From assembly GCA_964016885.1 (NCBI GenBank), contig OZ024740.1, forward strand, positions 219,852,001 through 219,916,000: 64,000 nucleotides of DNA, written 5' to 3'. Positions 1 through 15,712 of this stretch are shown here, in pieces (position 1 is the stretch's first letter; each line of letters starts with the position of its first letter). This DNA is from Eledone cirrhosa (taxonomy: Eukaryota). The position numbers and the translations under genes are program-made. A model generated the notes under the pieces. That model did no database searches, was not told the origin of the DNA, and saw nothing but the letters and a program-made list of their open reading frames with translations.

Positions 1-25
1 AAACTATATTTATAAAACCATATTT

Positions 26-88
26 ATTTCATTATACATATTTCAAGGACACCAAGTTAAATTATGGTGTGCTTTCATCAGATAATAT
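26..88 (-). ncRNA. Type-I hammerhead ribozyme (inverted copy of 140-204)
   Basis: Intact CUGAUGA and GAAA core on the minus strand; stem I carries a mismatch. Confidence 0.6.
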
Positions 89-139
89 AGATCAGTTTTA
101 TAAATAAATATTGACATATGTCAATATTTATTTATATTA

Positions 140-204
140 TATTTTATCTGATGAAAGCACACCATAATTTTACTTGGTGTCCTTGAAATATGTATAATGA
201 AATA
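140..204 (+). ncRNA. Minimal type-I hammerhead ribozyme
   Basis: Stem I ATTTTAT/ATGAAAT, CTGATGA (148-154), stem II AAGcACACC/GGTGTcCTT, GAAA (185-188), TATGT, then an AUA cleavage triplet. Confidence 0.75.
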
Positions 205-295
205 AATATGGTTTTATAAATATAGTTTCCATTTGTTAATATCGTATATATATATATATAAGAAGAAATTAAAAGATGGTTAAAAAAGTTCCATG

Positions 296-366
296 TATTT
301 TATTATGCGCATTTCAAAAACAAATATCATCCTGGGACGATATTTGCGTTCTCATCAGATAAAATA
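296..366 (-). ncRNA. Minimal type-I hammerhead ribozyme in the PLE pseudo-LTR
   Basis: Stem I TATTTTAT/ATAAAATA, CTGATGA, long stem II GCAAATATCGTC/GATGATATTTGT, GAAA, palindromic stem III ATGCGCAT and an AUA triplet. Confidence 0.85.
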
Positions 367-1299
367 GAGAGACATGATATGATGCCTAAAAAAACACTTG
401 TGAACAAGGTAGTGTCTAGTCAACATATGATAAATAAATTTAAAAGGATATAGAAGATTGGAAATAAGGGAAGGAACGGGAAAAGGGGAAGGAAGAGGAA
501 GAAAGAAAAAAGGAGAGGATAACGGAGGAAGAGTATAAGAAGGACGGAGGGGAGAGAGAGAAACATTTAAACTGAAAAACGCTGTCACCACTGAAAAATA
601 ACTGAATAACGGTTGTAAATTTATAAATAAATAAAAAAAATAAAAAACTGATGAGGTTTATGATTGATGATGTTTATGATTGATGATGTTTATGATTACA
701 GATATAGAAATTAAGTATACTGAAGGATTTACTAAAAGGTGCGAAAAAGTTTTGTTAAAATGTATTATTAAAATAAAATAAAGTAAAATAAGATAAAGTG
801 AATAAAAATAAAATTAAATGATTTATAAGCTTAGAAGACGATATAGGGTCCTATTTTGTTTAAATAGATTGTAATTGAAAAAGTATTTCTGTGAAAAAGT
901 AATTATTTAAGCAAAGACAAGCACGGAAAGAGAGAAGAAAAAAACGAGGAAGAAAAACAAATGACGTCAAAATTTGTTTACAAAATTCAACTAATGTTAA
1001 TATTAATAAATTTGAAGTAAAAAATTGGGAAATAGAACGGTTTAAGAAAAAGTAATATTGAGAAGAAATAATATAAAGAAAGATTAACTATTTTAAAAAA
1101 AATAGTTTGTATCCCCAAGAAGATAAAGGAGTTTGCTATAGTGAATTAAAAATTAGGGGACCAAAAACGTCATAGTATGAATAAACTTTGTAGAATGTAC
1201 TGAAAAAAGGGTATTTGTGTAAAAAAATATATATGTGTGAGAAAAAGTTTTTAATCTTAATCAAGGAGTAAGATATTAGCTGTATACTTTGTGAAATGA

Positions 1300-1720
1300 C
1301 CTAAGCGATTTATGGATGCAAAGCGAAAATAAATCTGTGCGTCTATTTATTATAGAGTTAATGGTAAATTAGAGATAATGGTAAATGTTTCCGCTAGACA
1401 TAAATTACAAGTTCTAGATATGGAAGCGTTGGATTATGGAGAAGCATTGCATATTTTACGCCAAGAAATTTTGTAATTAATGTTTTTGTCTTTTAAGGAC
1501 CAGATGAGTTCTGAGAGTGCAGTGTTTGTTCTTTTAAGTGGGTATCTAAAAGACGAAGAATGGTTATATAGTCTTGCCTTAAAGGAAGTAGAAGTAGAGC
1601 CAATGTAGGTATAGGAATTGGTACTAGTTATCACCTTACATTCGTATACTAAATTTTTATCGAGACTAATTATTAAGAGGACATTTAGTTCTATTATGGC
1701 AATTGCATTTACGATTAATG
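1300..1720 (-). pseudogene. GIY-YIG endonuclease remnant of a Penelope-like element
   Basis: VY...YIG motifs, FKxR..H, upstream CxC-x5-CPL and downstream CxLCLxE motifs; in-frame TAA at 1434-1436. Confidence 0.85.
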
Positions 1721-2184
1721 TTATTAACAGAGTTATTTGCAAGTGGCCCAGAATTATTTATAAAACGAATTGTAGTGGAGGAATTAACTAAAGGAGATGC
1801 TAATGTTTCTTGATTTAGATTACTATTAGAAGCATTCATCGAAATTACGTTTGACGTCGTATTTATATTTAAGTTATCTTGTCTAGAGTTTACATTGATG
1901 TCGGACCTTATAGTGTTATTACTACAACCGTTATACAGTTATTTTTCAGTGGTGACAGCGTTTTTCGGTTTAAATATTTATCTCTCTCTCTCTCTCTCCT
2001 CCTTCCTTCTTATACTCTCCCTCCGTTATCTTCTTCTTTTTTCCTTTCTTCCTCTTCCTTCGTTTTTTCCCCTTCCTTCCCTTTTTTCCAATCCTCTATA
2101 TCCTTTTAAATTTATTTATCATATGTTGACTAGACACTCTACCTTGTTCACAAATGTTTTTTTAGGCATCATATCATGTCTCCC

Positions 2185-2255
2185 TATTTTATCTGATGAG
2201 AACGCAAATATCGTCCCAGGATGATATTTGTTTTTGAAATGTGCATAATAAAATA
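2185..2255 (+). ncRNA. Type-I hammerhead ribozyme, inverted pseudo-LTR copy
   Basis: Same as 296-366 except that stem III reads ATGTGCAT (one substitution). Confidence 0.8.
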
Positions 2256-2522
2256 CATGGAATTTTTTTTACCCATCTTTTAATTTCTTCTTATATATAC
2301 TCCAGTCTAATAAACTGTTGAGTGCTACTTATCCGATATTTGCATTGATTTATTGTTCTACAATAAAACTCACCTCCTACATATATATACATGTACGTCA
2401 ATACTCATCTTTTTCCATTTATCTGAGGGTTCTAAACCCCATTATCAGGCTAAAATTCCTGTAGTCAAAAATACGGTGAAAGCTATTCTATTTTCTAATT
2501 TCAAACCTGCTCACTGTTTCAA

Positions 2523-2562
<40 letters not shown>

Positions 2563-3839
2563 ATGTTGAAAGGGTAACACACTAGAGAGAGAGAGATAGT
2601 GTGCCATCAATAAAACAGGGAAAACCACCAGTGTATGGAATCTATAACCTATGAAAGGCTGGGTAGACACACAATAATTAAAAATATAAATTAAAATGCA
2701 TATACGCACCTCTATAACTATATAACACACGCGTACAAATATATATATATACTATATATAGTAGAAATAATAAATGCAATGACAGTTGTATATATATATA
2801 GTCAGCAGTAGTGGACAAATTACTGCCCATCTTCACCTCAAGGTTTCCAGTTAATCTCCTCTCTCCTGCTTCAAAGCCAACAAGAATCCCTTTCTGCACC
2901 CCCACCCCCACTCCATCCTACAAACAATACACATATGAATATATATATTTTTGTATATGTGTGTGTGTATCATTATCATTTTTTTGCTCATTTTCCTACG
3001 GGTTAGATGAGTCATCTCCAGTCCCACACCACTCTATTTCTCACTTTCATTTGCTGCCTCTTTTGTGTGGCTCTGTTTCTTGAGATCAGCTTTTCCCAAC
3101 CACTGCCCACATCCATTTTTTCTTATATGTTAATTTTCCTTCTTTTTCTCTATTATACCAAATAAAATTACATGTGAACGAATCCTTTATTAGCTCTTTT
3201 TTTTTCTGCTCATCATTTGTAATGATTATGACTTCTCTGATTGCAAAATAATCATTGCAAATTCAATAGTAATACTATGAGAGGTACCAGGGTGGAAAAG
3301 CTAACTGAAATAAGAAGAATATTTTAGAACATAATTATCTCTAGATAAACTGTGGCCATGTCTTTCAGAATGATTATCTGGTTACTTAATGAGATGGGGA
3401 TTCTATAACAAATTGTATCAAGCCAAATAGATTCATAATAAAACAGTTTCATGGTTATTTAACCTTTTTGATACAAAATTGCCTGAAACCATCCCTTGTT
3501 CTCTCATATTACACTGTTTGTTTTTGGAGTGTTAATATTTATCTCAAAACCTTCCATTTATGTAAGAATCTTTGTTAAGCTTAATAATTGTTTCTACTTT
3601 TGGCACAAGGCCAGCAAATTACCCAGTGTATTACTGGTACTTTATTTTATCGACCCCGTAAGGATGAAAGGCAAAGTTAACCTCAGCGGGATTTGAACTC
3701 ATGTTAAGCTTAATAATGAAAAAGTTAATTATATTACTAAATCCTTTTAAATTCTTCATTAATTTCTATTATCTAGTTTAAGCAGTATCTCTCTCTATGT
3801 GATAATGAATGAGTTAAATTGTCTATTTAAATATTGCAG

Positions 3840-3906
3840 GAAACGAGCAGAAGAGGAAGGTAAAAAGAAAGATGACCGACCAACTCCTTCAGATGGAGAA
3901 ATATGA
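3840..3906 (+). CDS. Probable terminal coding exon of an unidentified plus-strand gene (KRAEEEGKKKDDRPTPSDGEI*)
   Basis: TGCAG acceptor at 3835-3839, purine-rich exon-like composition, open frame to TGA, and a GTAAGT donor at 3951. No homology recognised. Confidence 0.5.
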
Positions 3907-3994
3907 TGGAATTTGTTTTGTTTTTTTAATTTGGTGTAATAATGTATATTTGTAAGTAAATTTGTTACCCTCTGCTAGAGTTTTGTTAACAGGT

Positions 3995-4105
3995 CTTTAT
4001 ATAAGATAATAATTAGAAATGTATTTTATGGCCTTTATATAAGAGAGTAATTAGAAATGTATTTTATGGCCTTTATATAAGATACTAATTAGAAATGTAT
4101 TTTAT
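3995..4105 (+). repeat. Tandem repeat, about 38-bp unit x3
   Basis: CTTTATATAAGA...TAATTAGAAATGTATTTTAT occurs three times. Confidence 0.85.
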
Positions 4106-4569
4106 TACAGGCCAAGTTTTAAATGTTTTATTTTTATTTTCGATTATTTTGTTTTTACTGTTACTGTTTAGTCAAGGAAGGTAGGGTAGTACCAATGACT
4201 CATTTCAGGAGTCTAAGATTGGTGGGAGAAAGTAAGGAAAGGATCCTCAAACCAGAAGAAACCTGGCCTAACAGCTTGCAACAGAGTGGATTACATTAAG
4301 GTCCCCCAGGGGCCAGGTAATGGTGCTGAATTGGTTGATGAATTACATCTGCTCACCAAGCAGACCACAGTAAGATTTGAACTCAGAAGGTAAAGAGTTG
4401 AAACAAATGCATCAAAGTACCTTGTCTGACATTCTGATAAATCCACCAATTCACTGCCTTGAACTCTTCTTTATTTCATTGATCTTGAAAAGATGACGGG
4501 GAAGGATAGTGGGATTTGAACTCCGTAGGCTGTAACAAATTCTGCAACATATTTTATCTCGTTCTCTAA

Positions 4570-4762
4570 TTAATTGTTTCTACTTTTGGCACAAGGCCAG
4601 CAATTATCCCAGTGTATTACTGGTACTTTATTTTATCGACCCCGTAAGGACGAAAGGCAAAGTTAACCTCGGTGGGATTTGAACTCAGACCGTAAAGAGC
4701 CGTAACTCTTTGCTGCAAAGCATGGCGTCAGACCCTCTACCGATACTGCCAATCCACCACCG
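4570..4762 (-). mobile_element. tRNA-derived SINE family A copy
   Basis: Same sequence as 31965-32170: B-box GAGTTCAAATC, central GCCTTTCATCCTTACGGGGTCGATAAAA and an (ATT)n tail. Other copies at about 3585-3700, 4820-4975, 16365-16500, 19835-20022, 27918-28100, 28150-28580 and 40758-40942. Confidence 0.85.
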
Positions 4763-5329
4763 TTCTATAATTAATGACTGCGAATTTGCAACCTTATTGT
4801 ATAGCTATAAAGAAACTTCAGGCAGTGAGTTGGCAGAGTCGTTAAAATGTCAGCGAGAATGCTTTTTGGTATTCCTTCTGACTCTCTGCTTTCTGAGTTC
4901 AAATCCCACTATAGTCAACTTTACCTTTCATCATTTCGAGGTCAATAAAAAAGTACCAGTCAAGTACTAGAGTCAGTTTTTCCTCTATATCTCTTTATCA
5001 CTTCCATTCCCTCACTCTCTCTATCCTTCTCTGGAAGAAATCTGCTGTGTTCAAACCTGGAGAGGAGATGGGATCTCCTAAGTTTTAAAATGCCCTAGAA
5101 ATGCCATATATGGTACCCCTAGACTCCCTTAGTAGTTACGGGTCCATACATACATACTTTCAAGATTCTAGTTAACCAAGATTAGATGCCAAATGTAGGT
5201 TTCATCTTTCTTATACCTTACAGAATTCCTTCCGATGATAAAGTTCTGGTAATAATGGTAATAATGGGTTTCTCAGTCGCTTCACGCCATGAAACTGGGA
5301 TAAGCACCGTCCAAATGAGACAGATTTTA

Positions 5330-6105
5330 TATATATATTTATATATGCTGATGATTTGGTACTTATAGCAGAATCAGTAGAGGAGCTAGAGAATAAATTC
5401 TGGCTAGAGAAACAGCAATTGGAATCAAGAGGACTGAGAGTGAACCTAGAAAAGACTAAAGAGTTGATAAATTGGAAAGAAGACAAAACTCAGATTCCAT
5501 CAGGGAAATGACCATGTTAAATGTGTAGAAAAGGAGCTGGCATAAATTCTATAAAATGTACACAATGCAGATCTTGGGTACACAAGAGATGTAGTGGGAT
5601 AGCAGGCAAACTAACAGGTAGGGAAAACTATGTGTGCAGTAGATGTACAGGGAAATTAGACAGTAGAAATCGCAGTGATAGACACATTTTTCAAATGCAG
5701 GTGGGTTCTATAGAAGTGGTTGATAGCTTCCGGTATCTAAGTGATCAGATTAGCATGGGAGGAGGGTGTTCTGAGGCCATAGTATCTAGAATAAAGATAA
5801 GTTGGAAGAAGTTTAGGGAGCTGCTACCTCTGTTGACAAAGAAGGGTTTCTCCCTGCGTACGAAAGGTTGGTTATATGATGCTTGTGTAAGATACGCAAT
5901 GCTGCATGGTAGTGAGACATGGGCAGCAACTGCAGAGGATATGCAACAGCTGAAGAGAAATGAAGCAAGCATGCTCCATTGGATGTGCAATGTCAATGTG
6001 CGTGAACAACCAAGTATAGATGACTTGAGAGAGAAACTGTGTATAAGAGGGATAAGTTGTAGTGTGCGGGACTGCGATGGTATGGACAGGTGATATGCAT
6101 GGAGG
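5330..6105 (+). mobile_element. RTE-like LINE 3' fragment with a Cys-rich insert
   Basis: LYADDLVL at about 5339, CxxCRKG...CTQCRSWVHKRC...CSRC, FRYL, LHGSETW; contains stops and frameshifts. Same family as 56214-58260. Confidence 0.85.
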
Positions 6106-6106
6106 T

Positions 6107-6450
6107 GCCATCTTTGGCTGTGACCTCTTCAGGCAGTCCGAATTGGTGTGAGAGAGACAGGTACACGTGTTGTTGAAGTGTGTTTTACTCCGTCAATACT
6201 CCGATATGTTCAGCTCCTGGTTGTGTTGTTATTTATCTGAGGAACTGGAATCATATGAATTAGAACAAACGAATTTTGGCGTTATAGGGCACTCTCTCAT
6301 CCCATTGGTCAGTTGTGAGAACATTCCTCAGTCAAAAGTCTATAGAAATTTTCCTGAGGCAAGACAATCTGTTGTAGTTGTTTCTGTTTAAGTACAGCTG
6401 ACCTCCTCCATTGTGTTGGTAGTGGTAGTGGTGTTAAGGGGTCAGCTGAC
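6107..6450 (-). repeat. Truncated copy of the hammerhead-bearing repeat at 55098-55590
   Basis: Clearly aligns to 55257-55590 and breaks within hammerhead stem II. Confidence 0.8.
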
Positions 6451-6466
6451 CTTGTCTTGCCTATAT

Positions 6467-10824
<4,358 letters not shown>

Positions 10825-11149
10825 TAATGTATATATATATAATGTGTATATATATATATATATATATATACATTATATATATATATATAAGGTGTGTATA
10901 GATATATATATATATATAATTGGCTAAAAAAGATTTCCCCTTTTTTTAAAAAAAAAACCCACTCGACAAAATACCCTCTCCACCTCCTTCCCACCCTACT
11001 CCTACCTCCTCTCGACCCGAAACATGGCACTATGGTCATGTAAGTACTTCTTACCTATCTGCTCTTTCCGCATGGGCGTACTTCATCTTTATACTGTATA
11101 TGTATATGTGTATATTTATGAGTGTATGTATGTACGTATTTGTATGAGT

Positions 11150-11518
11150 GGCCGTACATGCGTTTATATATATGCGTATATGCATGTATATGTATGAGTT
11201 TGTGTGTATACATATATATATATATATATATGTGTGTGTATGTATACACACAAACTCATACAAATACATGCGTATATGCATACATATAAACGCATGTATA
11301 TGTATGAGTTTGTGTGTATACATATATATATATATATATATGTGTGTATGTATACACACAAACTCATACAAATACATGCGTATATGCATACATATAAACG
11401 CATGTATATGTATGAGTTTGTGTGTATACATATATATATATATATATGTGTGTATGTATACACACAAACTCATACATATACATGCATATACTCATACATA
11501 TAAACGCATGTATGGCTA

Positions 11519-11520
<2 letters not shown>
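11150..11520. repeat. Minisatellite, about 116-120 bp unit x3, each unit internally palindromic
   Basis: GTATGAGTTTGTGTGTATACAT...(TA)n...ATGTATACACACAAACTCATAC is repeated. Confidence 0.85.
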
Positions 11521-11572
<52 letters not shown>

Positions 11573-11639
11573 TAGGTGGTATATTGCCATAGAGATCCTT
11601 ATTTGTTGGCAATATACCACCTATCAGCAGGTGAATACG

Positions 11640-11875
11640 TGGACAGACTCAGATTTGCCGGCCACTGTTGGCGCAGCAAGGAAGAAATAGCAGGTGATGT
11701 ATTGTTATGGAGTCCATCTCATGGAGCAAGAAACGCTGGTCATCCCAAGAAGACATACGTCAAGCAACTTGAGGACGATACTGGATGCACTGCGGAAGAA
11801 CTGGCAAACGCTATGAGAGACAGAGATGGATGGAGGAAACGTGTCGTAGAAAGCCGAGCACGTTTCCTCCATCCA
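11640..11875 (+). mobile_element. RTE-like LINE 3' fragment
   Basis: RLRFAGHCWR...LLWSP.HG.R..G.P..TY...L..DTG...AMRDRDGWR. Confidence 0.75.
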
Positions 11876-11888
11876 TATATATATGTGT

Positions 11889-12412
11889 GAAGGCGCATGG
11901 CTTAGTGGTTAGAGCATTGGGCTTGCAATCGAAAGGTTGGGAGTTCAGTTCTCGGACCGGGTGATGTGTTGTTTCCTTGAGCAAGACACTTTATTTCACG
12001 TTGCTCCAGTTTACTCAGCTGTAGAAATGAGTACCTGCCCGCCCAGCCAGTGGGATGGCGTTATCTTATGGCTAAAACAGCACAACTTGCTGTGACCAGC
12101 GGCGCCCGATAGACTGGTCGGTCAAGGTGATATATATATATATACATATATATACACATATATATATGTGTGTGTGTGTATATATATATGTGTGTATATA
12201 TATATGTTGTTATATATATGTGTGTTTTGTGTATGTTTATTTATATATTTATATATGTATGTGTATGTGTGTATATATATAATATATATGTGTGTATATG
12301 TGTATATATGTATGTATGTATATATATATATATTTATATATATGTATGAATAAGACCCGTCCCACCCTTGCAAGCAGGGAAAAGCGGACGTAAAATGATG
12401 ATGATGATGATG
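11889..12412 (+). mobile_element. SINE family B copy split by a microsatellite
   Basis: tRNA-like head at 11889-12035; tail CCCGTCCCACCCTTGCAAGCAGGG...(GAT)n at 12357-12412. Confidence 0.75.
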
Positions 12413-12469
12413 TATATATGTAAATATATATGTGTATATATATGTATGTATGTGTATGTGTATGTATAC

Positions 12470-12522
<53 letters not shown>

Positions 12523-12569
12523 TATGTGTGTATATGTATTGTATGTATGTATGTATGTATGTGTATGTA

Positions 12570-12614
<45 letters not shown>

Positions 12615-12696
12615 ATGGTTTAATATATAAACAGAGAACAAAAAACAGAGAGGCAGTAGAAATGATATGGTTTTAGTTGCCCGCTATATATATATA

Positions 12697-14382
12697 CTAG
12701 CTGAGGAACCCAGCTTAGCTAAGGTTAACAAATGATAAGTGAAGACCGGCAGAAGAGAAAACGTATTGAATGCATTGTCTTGTTTACAGTGTGTGTATTG
12801 TGTGTGTTTGTGTCTATATGTGTGTGCGTGTGTGAGTGTTCATGTGTGTGTGTGTGTAAACCAACGTTGGAATCGGAGACATAGGCCGCGAAACACGATC
12901 ATCACTGACAACGAACTCGCAGAGAGAATCCTTTATGGTTGATTCCCAACCTGCTAGAAATAGCAGTCAGGTTGGTTAGCATACGTGGTATGTCTTTCTT
13001 CTTTGGTGTTATAAAATTAGTATAAATAAACTTTCCTGGATATACTCATATTCCAATCCTGTACATACTTTCCGATTGTCACTTTCCGTTTTTTTTTGTG
13101 TGATACGCGAAGGAACCAACCAACAAACATCTCTCTTTTATTTGTGTATTCAAAATATTTTTCAGCTAATTCTGTCGTACAATATACATCAGCAATCGTT
13201 ATCTAATGTTTAAAACATGAATAGCTGTGATATATGCACCATATCAAACAAAAACGACATGAGAATTGAATACCATACTAAAGCGCCAGTAAGCTTGCTA
13301 AGAACCTGCAGATAGAAATGTTAATAAATACATTTGGCTTGGGTAAACTTTAAGATGTTCTTTCATTGTAGGTTTCTTTTCTCAGCTAGTACGTTAAAGA
13401 AAATTGATAGTTACAACAATAAAGGTTGAACAGAGAACAAATGTTTTAACAAACTTTACAATAATTTGTACAACCATATGGAAATTTCAAGTAACTGAAA
13501 ATACATAAATTACATTGTTAGAGCCTCAGAGTATACAATATTTTTTGTTCGGCCCTCGGGAGTAAAGTTGAAGAGATTGTTTGGCGAGCTCAACCTAGAG
13601 CATCCTACATACACTTGACCATGGTTTTCCCAGATGAAAGCCAGCCACTTTTAGGGTTTGACCCTGGGATTTGTTGATGGTAATCACAAAGCCTAGTCTC
13701 TCTGTTGCTCTAGTAACATTTTTTCTTCTGGAAAATCTGATCTTGCGGCCAGGCTAGAACTTTTTGGGTGGCATCTTGGCAGTAACAATGACGATAAACC
13801 GTCTATGCTTTCGTGAAATAAATACGTTTGTTATGACATTTTTTCTTCTGGAAAATCTGATCTTGCGGCCAGGCTAGGACCTTTTGGGTGGCATCTCGGG
13901 AGTAACAATGACGATAAGCCGTCTGTGCTTTCATGAAATAAATACGTTTGTTTATATTTTGATTTTGTGTGTGCAAAAATATCTACACGAATATATAATT
14001 ATATATATATATATTAAAATAAAAGATTAAAGTTTAAGCAAAGAATCGCTGCTTTCACCCTTAACGGGATCTCTGAAACTAAAAAAATCAATCTGTGAAT
14101 GCAGAAGTAAATATTTCGAAAAACGTTGCAACCAAAAGAAAACAGGAAGATGATACTTTGGTTCGTGAAGACGTTAGGAATGTCGTATAACCGGAAGTGC
14201 TGACATTTGAAAATTTTAAAGAAGTGAATATTTAAATAATGTCTTTAATCTTTTAACAAAATTCAGTAGACGAAAATACCCTCAATTTTTTACTTGGAAA
14301 AAGTTACATCTATGGTGCAAATTTGGTGCCGTTTTGCAGAAAGTTTGTAACTTACATACGGCCGTCAGCTTTATAGTATAGA
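12697..14382 (-). mobile_element. Internally deleted Helitron retaining the helicase C-terminus
   Basis: 5' TCTATACTATAAAG, 3' CTAG, inserted between A and T. 13512-13700 on the minus strand encodes ITINKSQGQTL...HGQVYVGCSR...TKNIVYSEAL* (PIF1-like RepHel end). Internal 120-bp tandem duplication at 13717-13953. Confidence 0.92.
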
Positions 14383-14690
14383 TATATATATTTATATATG
14401 TATATATGTATATATGTGTGTATATGTATGTGTCTGTGTATGTTTATATATATATATGTGTATGTTTATATTTATATACATATATATACATGGCCGTGTA
14501 GGTAACACGGTAAAAACCTCCCAGTCCACACTGTAAACGTGGTTGGTGTTAGGAAGGGAATCCAGCCGTAAAAAAACCCGCCAGACAGTCCTATACGAGC
14601 AAGACAACCAATCTTGCCTCAAGTGGGAAAATTCCCGTCCAAACCCATGCTAGCGTGGAAGATGGATGTTAAACGATGATGATGATGATA

Positions 14691-15243
14691 CAGGCTGTGG
14701 ATGATATTTGTTTGCAAGAAACTGTCTAGGAAAAATAACACAGTAGTTTTATTTTTTAAGATGTATTTATCAAACTTGGGTCAGTTTGTCTTTGTGACTT
14801 CTTATTTCGATCTCACTCGATAAACCCGCCATTGGCTTTGATGACGGCCTCGGAACCGGCTACAGGCCTTCGTCATTCTCCCCCGACTTAGGCCCCTAAA
14901 GGCACTTGTGATCCTGGCCTTCAGATCGTCTTTCGTATTGCAGCTAGATCAGTTGGTGTCTCGTTCCACTGTGCCCCACACAAAGAAGTCGAGGGGGTTG
15001 CAGTCAGGCGAGCTGGGAGGCCAGATGTCAGGTGAAGTGTGGTCGATGAAGTTCTCTGACAGCCAGTCTTGAGTCTTTCAGCTGGTATGGCAGGGCGCTT
15101 AGTCTTGCTGCCACACGTACGGCCTACCTGCAGCTACCTGGTCGATCCAGGGCTTTACTACCTCGCTCAGAACGCGGATGTAGCCATCGGTGTTCAGCTT
15201 GAGGCCCTCAGGGAAGAAGTGAGGTGGCATGACGTCACCTTGA
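14691..15243 (-). mobile_element. Truncated DD37D (maT) transposon copy
   Basis: Reverse complement of about 42598-43164, including the TIR TA|CAGGCTG... Confidence 0.9.
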
Positions 15244-15712
15244 GGCAAGATTGGTCGGGTAACTGTGTCTCGCTCATGTAGGACTATCTGGCAGGTTTTC
15301 TACGCCTAGATGCCCTTCCTAACACCAACCACATTTACAGTGTGGAACTGGGAACTTTTTACCGTGTTACCTACACGGCCACATTACAGCGTGGCCTGTG
15401 TGTTTGTTTTTTTTTGTTGTGACACCTACACGATCTCGATCTTGTTATCTCATTTATTTGGATTGGATATTGTGGTACCAAATTTACAAAGAGAGGGTGG
15501 TGTTGGTGGGAGTGGGAGGATAGGGTAAGGGTAGTGGACTGGGGTGTATATTTGGTTAAGAGGTGCCTACTGACTGTAGGTTTCACTTTGTACATAGGCA
15601 AGGCGGTTCTTCTGTATTACTGCGTAGCGCCAAAGATCTCGGTCCAGTGACATTGTCTTAGAGAGGTGTAAGTGTGTAAGGTCGGAATTTATCAAATCAT
15701 CCCAGGTTTTTT
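15239..15712 (-). mobile_element. RTE-like LINE 3' end (same family as 56214-58260)
   Basis: KTWDD...DRDLWRYAVIQK followed by the same 3' UTR as 56280-56650. Confidence 0.85.

Larger units (their letters stand above)
1..228. repeat. Near-perfect fold-back palindrome carrying a hammerhead in each arm
   Basis: About 1-87 is the reverse complement of about 142-228, with centre GACATATGTC. It may extend left of the window. Confidence 0.9.
260..2296 (-). mobile_element. 5'-truncated Penelope-like element (Naiad-type GIY-YIG) with an inverted pseudo-LTR
   Basis: The minus strand encodes CNCHNRTKCPL...NLVYECKV...YIGSTSTSFKARLYNH...TALSELIWSLKD...CNLCLAE with a stop and a frameshift. About 260-618 is repeated inverted at about 1922-2296, and each copy holds a hammerhead. 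Confidence 0.85.

Noticed and set aside
647-700. CTGATGA motif (also at 7160 and 44567)
   Set aside because: No convincing stem II, GAAA and stem I arrangement follows.
1300-1720. Possible selenoprotein-type Naiad element
   Set aside because: The Cys motif positions read TGC/TGT and the visible stops are TAA/TAG, so there is no support in this copy or at 45220-45516.
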